From NCBI GenBank assembly GCA_963726615.1, contig CAVSCX010000006.1, forward strand, positions 1,241 through 65,240: a stretch of DNA of 64,000 nt, given 5' to 3'. Origin of the DNA: an uncultured Actinomycetota bacterium (GTDB lineage: Bacteria > Actinomycetota > Actinomycetes > JACCUZ01). The notes under the pieces were generated by a model that saw only the letters and a program-made list of their open reading frames with translations, did no database searches and was not told where the DNA came from. A program made the position numbers and the translations under genes. Below, piece by piece: positions 56,065 to 62,979 of this stretch; position 1 is the stretch's first letter, and every line of letters begins with the position of its first letter.

Positions 56065-56763
56065 TCAGCCCGCGAGCTGGCGGTTGAGGGCAGCCAGCAC
56101 GGAACGGGCGACCGACTCGGCTTCGTCCCCGCGGACCGCGGCGCAGCCCGTGAGCACCTGCTCGCCGGTGCGAGGCAGCAGCATGGTCAGGACCGTCATG
56201 GCGACGTCACGCGTGCCGGTGGCGACGATCGTCGACGACTCGACCTCGCAGGGCTGACCGAGCAGCTCGGCTACGGCGTCGAGGGTCGCGACGGCCACCA
56301 ACCGGGCCCGGTGGCTGGCGCCGGCCGGACCCTGGCTCCGGCCCTCGAACAGCTGGTCGCCGGCGGCCAGGGTCACGGACGCCTCGGTCTCACCCTTGCC
56401 GCTGCGCACCATGATCGCGGCGATCGCGGGCCGGACCACAGCCTCCGGCTCGCTGGCGGGAACGTCGGGCGCGACGTCCGGGCCGTCGGCCGGCGCAGGT
56501 GTGACCGGGACGGCAGGCCCGCGCAGCTCGTCGTCGCCCATCTGCACGACCGACACGATGCGGTGGTCGATGTCGATGTCGTAGCGCGCCATGGCGAGCG
56601 ACTGCACGTCGCGCACCACCTGCTTGGCCGCCTTGCCCGGGTCGGCAAGCACGTGCACCTCGGTGGGCACGGCGTCCGGCCCGGTGACGACGCTGGCAGC
56701 GCGAACGCCCTGGATGTGGCGCAGCGCGTCCTCGAGCTCCGGCAGCAGGCGCAGCGTGGGCAT
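56065..56763 (-). CDS. Hypothetical protein with a LeuA-regulatory-like C-terminal domain
   Basis: GAGGAG RBS; EVHVLA...KQVVRDVQS...IDHRIVSV; ends VARSVLAALNRQL. Confidence 0.8.
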   Translation of the reverse strand: MPTLRLLPELEDALRHIQGVRAASVVTGPDAVPTEVHVLADPGKAAKQVVRDVQSLAMARYDIDIDHRIVSVVQMGDDELRGPAVPVTPAPADGPDVAPDVPASEPEAVVRPAIAAIMVRSGKGETEASVTLAAGDQLFEGRSQGPAGASHRARLVAVATLDAVAELLGQPCEVESSTIVATGTRDVAMTVLTMLLPRTGEQVLTGCAAVRGDEAESVARSVLAALNRQLAG

Positions 56764-56810
56764 GAGCGGGGGGCTCCTCGGGCGGGTGCGATGGGAGGTC
56801 GGGGTGGCGA

Positions 56811-57428
56811 TCAGGCGCGGTCCGACGCGGGGATCTCTCGGAGGTCGGCCACGAACAGGCGGGGCGATGGTCTCCCCAGGGTGCTCGGTCCGGTCCCCGC
56901 AGGGGCTGAGGCGCGCCGGTCGGCGTCGAGATCGGCCCGCTCCGCCGGGAGCCGGACCACCCGCTCGGCAGTCGTCTGCGGCCACCCCGGTCCGGACCGC
57001 TCGGGGGTCGCGGGAGGGACGGGGGCCGGCGCCGGGCGGCCCGCGGTCCCGGTCGGCCCGGCCTCGGTCGGCCCGGTCTCGGTGGGCCCGGCCCCGGTGG
57101 GCCCGGCCCCGGTGGGCCCGGCCTCGGTCGGCCCGGCCTCGCCCAGCGTGGCCGCGGCCCCGCCGGCGTACCGGCGCGCCTCGGCGTCGCTCGCGTCCAG
57201 GGCGTCCAGGACGGCCGGCAGCACCGTGCGGGCGTGGTCGTCGACCGCGTTGACTGCCGCTCGCTGCCAGAAACGGAGCCGGTTGGCCGCGCGTGGGGAC
57301 AGCTCCTCGGCGGCGACCGCGGCCGCCAGCTCGGCGTCGAACCGGGCGGTCGCATGGTCCGTCCGGGCGTCGAGCAGCCCGTTCACCAGGTCGGACCACG
57401 ACGCTCCCGGAGCCCCTGCCGCGGTCAC
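56811..57428 (-). CDS. Hypothetical protein with a GPT-repeat linker
   Basis: GTG after AGGGGGGAG; helical N-domain (RFDAEL...LRFWQR). Confidence 0.7.
   Translation of the reverse strand: MTAAGAPGASWSDLVNGLLDARTDHATARFDAELAAAVAAEELSPRAANRLRFWQRAAVNAVDDHARTVLPAVLDALDASDAEARRYAGGAAATLGEAGPTEAGPTGAGPTGAGPTETGPTEAGPTGTAGRPAPAPVPPATPERSGPGWPQTTAERVVRLPAERADLDADRRASAPAGTGPSTLGRPSPRLFVADLREIPASDRA
57051..57140. repeat. 15-bp tandem repeat x6 (GGTSGGCCCGGYCYC)
   Basis: Six adjacent units encoding (E/G)(A/T)GPT on the minus strand. Confidence 0.9.
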
Positions 57429-57720
57429 TCTCCCCCCTGCTCCACGGGCGGAGCGTAAAGGAGCCAGACGGGAGAACGGCTCCCATTCCCCTCGGAATGG
57501 TCAGGTCGGAGCAAAGTCGTCACTCGTTCGGGCGCACCGGCCACGCCTAGTCATTTCGGGCGAGATTGCCCGGACTACTAGACACAAATCGGCCTAAGGC
57601 TTGACGGGAGGTTTACCCGCACCCTTCACTGACATGGCGGACGAGCCGACATGTTCCCCGGGGGCCGGGACCATGCGGCCCCCGGAACGGTCCCTGATGG
57701 ACCACCCGGACGGCCGTGGG

Positions 57721-57739
57721 GCCTTTGACAACTGCAGAG
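57721..57739 (+). promoter_or_regulatory. boxA-like element GCCTTTGACAACTGCAGAG in a structured leader
   Basis: Resembles rrn boxA/leader sequences (CTTTRAMAAC). Confidence 0.45.
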
Positions 57740-57900
57740 AGCGTGATCGGGATCGGCAGCACAAGCAAGCCGATCAGCACCATGTGCAGATCTTTCGCAG
57801 CACCAGCACATGCACCACGGATTCATCCTGAGCGGAGCGGATCGTGCACGGGCACATAGCGGAGCCCGTGACATGACACGCAAGGGGATGAGACCCACAT

Positions 57901-57963
57901 ATGAAGAAGATCGTGTCCGCTGTCGAGCAGTTCCTTCAGTCCGGCGCCACATGGCGTTGGTAG
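57901..57963 (+). CDS. 20-aa peptide MKKIVSAVEQFLQSGATWRW
   Basis: AAGGGGATGA (8/10 match to the extended SD) 9 nt before the ATG; TAG stop; directly upstream of the HD-GYP pair. Confidence 0.7.
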   Translation: MKKIVSAVEQFLQSGATWRW

Positions 57964-58047
57964 AGCTGAGGGCTGACAGAAGGCAGTACCACCCTGCGCT
58001 GCCGATCCCCGTCATTCTCTCCGCCTTCCCCCTTGTCAGGAGCGTCG

Positions 58048-59403
58048 ATGCGGGCACTGCCGCTGCCGGCGCGGCTCTACGTCGCGTCCGTGCTCGCCGC
58101 TGCCTGCATGCTGGTGGCCCTGGCGGTCGCGTTCCTCCCCAGATCCGCGATCGACGACGTCATCGTGCTGGGGACGCTGTACCTGATCAGTGAGTCGTTG
58201 TCGTCCCGGGGCAGCCGCGACATGCTGACGATCTCCTTGGGCTCGGTCGTGATCATGGCGGCGATCCCGCTCGTCGGCGTGTGGGGGGCAGTGCTCGTCG
58301 CGTGGACCTCGGCGTTCGCCCATGAGCCACAGGCGACCGAACCCGTGAAGAGGGCCTTCAACGGCGCCATGCTCGTTGTCTCGGCCGGCGCCGCAGGTGG
58401 CGCGTACCAGGCTCTCGGTGGTCGCGTCGGGCTCGGTGCCGACGACTTTCCCAACGTCCTCGGTCCCATGCTGGCCGCGGATCTCGTGCAGTGCGCTGTC
58501 AACGGCGGTGTCGTGGCATTGATCGTCGGCCTGTCGAGCCAGGTCTCTCCGGTGGTCGTCTTCCAGGGGACCATGGCGCGCTCGGTGGTCCCGTACATCG
58601 CCTACGGGTTGTTCGGCATCTCGCTGGCAGTGCTCTGGGACCCGGTCGGCCTCGGGCCGGTCTCGGCAGCGCTGCTGCTGCTCCCGCTGTTCGTCGCCCG
58701 GTGGGCCTACGCGCAGTACGCGGAGGAGCAGCGCGCCTACGACCGCACTGTCCGGACGCTGATGGCGGCCGTCGAGACGAAGGACCTCTACACCCGTGGC
58801 CACAGCGAGCGGGTCTCCGCGGCCTCGGTCCTCATCGCGCGGGAGATCGGGATGCGCGAGGACCGGGTCGCCTCGCTGCGGTACGCCGGGATGCTCCACG
58901 ACGTGGGCAAGCTCGGCGTGCCCACGCGCGTGCTGCAGAAGGCGGGCCGGCTCACCGACGACGAGTTCGCCGCGATCCAGCGGCACCCGGTGCAGGGACT
59001 CGAGATCGTCCGGGAGATCGACTTCCTGGAGGAGGCGAACGCCGGGATCATGCACCACCACGAGCGGCTCGACGGGCTCGGCTACCCGATGGGTCTCACG
59101 GGCAGCCAGATCCCCGAGTTCGCCCGGGTCATCGCCGTGGCGGACGCCTTCGACTCGATGACGACCACCCGGTCCTACCGGGGCGCGCGCAGCATCGAGG
59201 ACGCCGTGGTCGAGCTGCACCGATGCGCCGGCACCCAGTTCGACCCGCCCATGGTCGACGCGCTCGTGCGCGCACTGGACGAGCACGGCTGGGACCCGGA
59301 GACGACGCCGTTGTTCACGGCTCCCGACCCCGACCAGGTCTTCGACCAGCAGGGCGGGGCGCTCGACCACGACGACCCGGCCTACGCCGAGGATTCCCGG
59401 TGA
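58048..59403 (+). CDS. Membrane-bound HD-GYP cyclic-dinucleotide phosphodiesterase
   Basis: Multi-TM N-terminus; YTRGHSERV, LHDVGK, HHHERLDGLGYP, VADAFD, GTQFDP. Confidence 0.93.
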   Translation: MRALPLPARLYVASVLAAACMLVALAVAFLPRSAIDDVIVLGTLYLISESLSSRGSRDMLTISLGSVVIMAAIPLVGVWGAVLVAWTSAFAHEPQATEPVKRAFNGAMLVVSAGAAGGAYQALGGRVGLGADDFPNVLGPMLAADLVQCAVNGGVVALIVGLSSQVSPVVVFQGTMARSVVPYIAYGLFGISLAVLWDPVGLGPVSAALLLLPLFVARWAYAQYAEEQRAYDRTVRTLMAAVETKDLYTRGHSERVSAASVLIAREIGMREDRVASLRYAGMLHDVGKLGVPTRVLQKAGRLTDDEFAAIQRHPVQGLEIVREIDFLEEANAGIMHHHERLDGLGYPMGLTGSQIPEFARVIAVADAFDSMTTTRSYRGARSIEDAVVELHRCAGTQFDPPMVDALVRALDEHGWDPETTPLFTAPDPDQVFDQQGGALDHDDPAYAEDSR

Positions 59404-60680
59404 CCGCGCGCAGCCGGCTCGACGATGCCGGCAGCATGGGCTACCTCGTCGTGGTGGTCGCCGCTGCGCTGCTCGCCGTCGCCTCCGTCGTCGTGACGGC
59501 GGGCGCCGGCCTGGTCCAGCCGCAGGTCGCTCTGGCGTTCGCCGCCTTCATCGCCCTGGGCGAGCTGGTCCGCATCACCCTGCCGGGCGGGCGCGACGCG
59601 GCCCCGCTGGCCACCGCCGGTGCGCTGGCCTACCTCCTGCTCACCACCTTCTCCGGCCGGCCCGCCGACCACGGCGCGATGCAGGTGGTCGCCGTCTCCG
59701 TCGCGGCCATGCTGCTCGGGGTCGTCCCGCACGCCGTCGCAGGTCGGGCGCCGACGCCGGACATCCTCGCCCGGCGGCTGCTCGTCATCGGCGTGTCCGC
59801 AGCGGCGTTCCGCGGCAGCGGCCTCGACGGCCGGCTCGACCACGTCGCAGGTGCCTTGCTCGCGTTGGTGCTCATCGCGATCGTGGCCTTCAGCCTCGTC
59901 GTCGACGCGGTACTTGCGGCAGCAGTTCGGGCCGGTGCGGATCGCGCCCCCTTCAAGGCGGTCCTGCGCAACGAGGTCCGGGCCCAGGTCGGCATCGGCT
60001 CGGCCATCGGCGCGACCGGCGCCCTGATCGCTCTCGCCGCGACGATCATGGGCTACTGGGCGCTGCCCGTCTTCGTCGTGCCGTTGCTGCTCACCCAGTT
60101 CTCGTTCCGACGGTACGCGGCGATCCGTGAGTCCTCGCTGCAGACGATCCGGGCGCTGTCGCGAGTGACCGAGCTCGGTGGGTACACCGAGGCCGGCCAC
60201 TCCCGGCGGGTGAGCACGCTGGCCGTCGCGGTCGGCCGCGAGCTCGGCATGAGCGACGCCGAGCTGCGCGACCTCGAGTACGCCGCGCTGATGCACGACA
60301 TCGGCCAGCTCTCGCTGGCCGAGCCGATCCCCGGCGGCGCCACCGTCGTGGCTGCCCCTGCCGACCAGCGGCGCATCGCCCGGTTCGGCGCCGAGGTCAT
60401 CAAGCAGACGGGCGTCCTGGACGAGGTGGCCTCCATCGTCGAGCAACAGGCTGAGCCGTACCGCCGGGCGCACGAGGTGGAGCGACCGGACGTCCCGCTG
60501 GCGGCGCGCATCATCAAGGCCGTCAACGCCTACGACGACCTGGTGGGAGACTCTTTCGAGGTCAGGCGGCGGCTCGACGCGCTCGAACGGCTCCGCCTCG
60601 GCATGGCCTACGAGTACGACCCGAAGGTCGTCGACTCCCTCTCGCAGACTGTCGAACGCACGGCCCGCCTCGGCGTCTGA
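59400..60680 (+). CDS. Membrane-bound degenerate HD-GYP protein
   Basis: GTGA overlap; GHSRRV and MHDIG retained; HHE and GYP replaced by QQAEPY; NAYD. Confidence 0.88.
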   Translation: MTARSRLDDAGSMGYLVVVVAAALLAVASVVVTAGAGLVQPQVALAFAAFIALGELVRITLPGGRDAAPLATAGALAYLLLTTFSGRPADHGAMQVVAVSVAAMLLGVVPHAVAGRAPTPDILARRLLVIGVSAAAFRGSGLDGRLDHVAGALLALVLIAIVAFSLVVDAVLAAAVRAGADRAPFKAVLRNEVRAQVGIGSAIGATGALIALAATIMGYWALPVFVVPLLLTQFSFRRYAAIRESSLQTIRALSRVTELGGYTEAGHSRRVSTLAVAVGRELGMSDAELRDLEYAALMHDIGQLSLAEPIPGGATVVAAPADQRRIARFGAEVIKQTGVLDEVASIVEQQAEPYRRAHEVERPDVPLAARIIKAVNAYDDLVGDSFEVRRRLDALERLRLGMAYEYDPKVVDSLSQTVERTARLGV

Positions 60681-61213
60681 AGCCCCGTCGCGCGTCGGCG
60701 CCCACCTGCCGTCACGAGCAGCAGCCCGATGCCGGCGGCGACCAGGACGTCGCCGAGGCTGACCACCTGCGGCCGGTACGGCAGCGCCACCGGCACCCGG
60801 TCACCGAGGGCGGCCCACCGGGTGCCTGGCCCGGAGGGCTCGCGCATCGCGTCGCGCTCCAGGCCCAGCTGGGCGCTGCTGATGCCCGCCTTCGCCGCGG
60901 CATCGAGCGACACCGGCATCGCGGCGTTCGCTGTCACCACCAGGATGTTGAGCAGCAGGCCCAGGGCCATCAGCGGGATACCGGGCAGGCGGGCGTTGCC
61001 GGCGAGGAACAGGGCCACCAGCACGGCAGTGAGGGCCAGCGCGACGCCGCGGGCGAGGCCCGAACCGGGTGCCACCGTCGAGGTGACGAGCTGCACGATC
61101 GCGGCTGCAACGAGAAGGCGGACGGCCCGCAACCGCACTCGCGCCAGCCTGGCGGGACCGGTGGCGACGGCCATCGCCAGTGCGCCGACCGCCACGACCA
61201 GGACCAGGACCAT
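60608..61213 (-). CDS. DUF5317-like membrane protein
   Basis: Multi-TM; LN.LV..AN..MPV, LGD...SLGD. Confidence 0.8.
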   Translation of the reverse strand: MVLVLVVAVGALAMAVATGPARLARVRLRAVRLLVAAAIVQLVTSTVAPGSGLARGVALALTAVLVALFLAGNARLPGIPLMALGLLLNILVVTANAAMPVSLDAAAKAGISSAQLGLERDAMREPSGPGTRWAALGDRVPVALPYRPQVVSLGDVLVAAGIGLLLVTAGGRRRATGLQTPRRAVRSTVCERESTTFGSYS

Positions 61214-61263
61214 CCCGCTAGTCTCGCCTGCCGGACCGCCGCCGACCGGGAGGCCACCCCACC

Positions 61264-62604
61264 GTGTTCGAGACCGTGCTCGTCGCCAACCGCGGCGAGA
61301 TCGCGCGCCGCATCATCCGCACCGTGCAGCGACTGGGCATGCAGGCTGTCGCCGTCTACTCCGACGTTGACGCCAAGCTGCCCTTCGTCCGGGAGGCCGA
61401 CGAAGCCGTCGCGATCGGGCCGGCCCAGCCGGCCGCCAGCTACCGGAACGCCGACGCCCTGCTCGAGGCGGCGCGCCAGACAGGGGCCCAGGCGGTACAC
61501 CCTGGCTACGGCTTCCTGGCCGAGGATGCCGGCTTCGCGCGCCGGGTCCGCGAGGCCGGGCTCGCCTGGGTCGGACCGTCGGCCGACTCCATCGAGGCGA
61601 TGGGAGACAAGATCCGCGCCCGCAACCTGGTGGCAGCCGCGGGGGTGCCTGTGTCCCGGGGCACAGCCGAGCCGGTCGGCGACCCCGAGGCGGCGGTCGC
61701 GGCGGCGCGGGAGATCGGCTTCCCGGTCATGGTCAAGGCCTCCGCCGGCGGCGGTGGCATGGGCATGGCGGTGGCGATCGACGAGGAGTCCCTGCGCACC
61801 GAGCTGGACCGGGTCCGCGGGTTCGCCGAGCGGATGTTCGGCGACCCCGCCGTGCTGGTCGAGCGGTTCTTCCCCCGGGTGCGGCACGTCGAGGTGCAGG
61901 TGCTCGGGCTGTCCGACGGCCGCGTGGTGGCCCTGGGGGAGCGGGACTGCTCCGTGCAGCGCCGGCACCAGAAGCTCGCCGAGGAGACCCCGTCGCCCGC
62001 GGTCGGCCCCGCCCTGCGCGAACGGCTGTTCACCGCCGCCGTCCGGGCGGCCGAGGCAGTCGGCTACCGCAACGCGGGCACGGTCGAGTGCCTGCTCGAC
62101 GTGGACAGCGGCGAGGTGGTGTTCCTCGAGATGAACACCCGGCTGCAGGTCGAGCACCCGGTCACGGAGATGGTCACCGGCATCGACCTGGTCGAGCAGC
62201 AGCTGCGGATCGCGGCCGGCCTGGCGGTCACGTTCGACCCTGACGCCGTCCGCGCCTCCGGGCACGCGATAGAGCTCCGGGTCAACGCCGAGGACCCGGT
62301 GCGATTCCTCCCCGGACCGGGCGCGGTGACGGCGTGGGAGGAACCGTCCGGGGAAGGCGTCCGGGTGGACAGCGGCTACGCAGCGGGGACGACCGTCACG
62401 CCGCACTACGACTCGCTGATGGCCAAGCTCGTCGTCCACGGCGCCGACCGGGACCAGGCGCTCGAGCGAGCCCGGGCAGCGGTGGCCGCGTTCCGGGTGG
62501 AGGGTCCCAAGTGCAACCTGCCGTTCTTCGCCGAGCTCCTCGTGCACCCGGAGTTCGTCTCCGGCGACTACGACACCGGGATCGTCGGCCGGATGCGGGG
62601 CTGA
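61264..62604 (+). CDS. Biotin carboxylase subunit
   Basis: ANRGEIA, HPGYGFL, RDCSVQRRHQK, EMNTRLQVEH. Confidence 0.93.
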   Translation: MFETVLVANRGEIARRIIRTVQRLGMQAVAVYSDVDAKLPFVREADEAVAIGPAQPAASYRNADALLEAARQTGAQAVHPGYGFLAEDAGFARRVREAGLAWVGPSADSIEAMGDKIRARNLVAAAGVPVSRGTAEPVGDPEAAVAAAREIGFPVMVKASAGGGGMGMAVAIDEESLRTELDRVRGFAERMFGDPAVLVERFFPRVRHVEVQVLGLSDGRVVALGERDCSVQRRHQKLAEETPSPAVGPALRERLFTAAVRAAEAVGYRNAGTVECLLDVDSGEVVFLEMNTRLQVEHPVTEMVTGIDLVEQQLRIAAGLAVTFDPDAVRASGHAIELRVNAEDPVRFLPGPGAVTAWEEPSGEGVRVDSGYAAGTTVTPHYDSLMAKLVVHGADRDQALERARAAVAAFRVEGPKCNLPFFAELLVHPEFVSGDYDTGIVGRMRG

Positions 62605-62694
62605 CCACCGACGCCGGGCGGCCGGTCCACCCTGTGGTTGGATGCCGAACCGGTGGCCGCACTGCCGCCGACGGTGAACGAGGGAGGAGCCTCC

Positions 62695-62910
62695 GTGGCG
62701 AAGGAAGTTCGGGCCGAGATGGTGGCGAACGTCTGGAAGGTCGTGGTCGCGGAGGGTGACAGCGTCGCCGACGGGGACACCCTGGTGATCCTCGAGTCGA
62801 TGAAGATGGAGATCCCCGTCCTGGCGGAGAGCGACGGGACCGTCGCCGCCCTGCACGTCGCCGAGGGCGACGTGGTCCAGGAGGGTGACGTCATCGCGGT
62901 GCTCGAGTAG
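62695..62910 (+). CDS. Biotin/lipoyl carrier protein
   Basis: ESMKME; GGAGGAG RBS. Confidence 0.92.
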   Translation: MAKEVRAEMVANVWKVVVAEGDSVADGDTLVILESMKMEIPVLAESDGTVAALHVAEGDVVQEGDVIAVLE

Positions 62911-62942
62911 CGCCGCCTGCCCGGAACGGGAGATCCTTCCCG

Positions 62943-62971
62943 CTCAAGGTCACGGGTCATGGGCCCGATGC
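62943..62971 (+). promoter_or_regulatory. FliA/WhiG-type promoter candidate CTCA-N17-CCCGATGC
   Basis: Same geometry as 38729-38757; 8 nt before the pilT GTG. Confidence 0.45.
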
Positions 62972-62979
62972 CTAGTTTT

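Noticed and set aside
57519-57534. TCACTCGTTCGGGCG as a BldD box
   Set aside because: Spacing and right half-site do not fit TNAC-N5-GTNA.
57600-57900. c-di-GMP-I/II or c-di-AMP riboswitch
   Set aside because: I could not see the core motifs (GCAAAC..GAAA..GACGCAAAG; GCTGAA..CCGTCAGCTAA); kept only as an unknown leader.
57810-58193. 127-aa ORF, and 57626-58057 on the minus strand
   Set aside because: Overlaps the HD-GYP gene out of frame and has no domain-like composition; the 20-aa ORF has the better SD.
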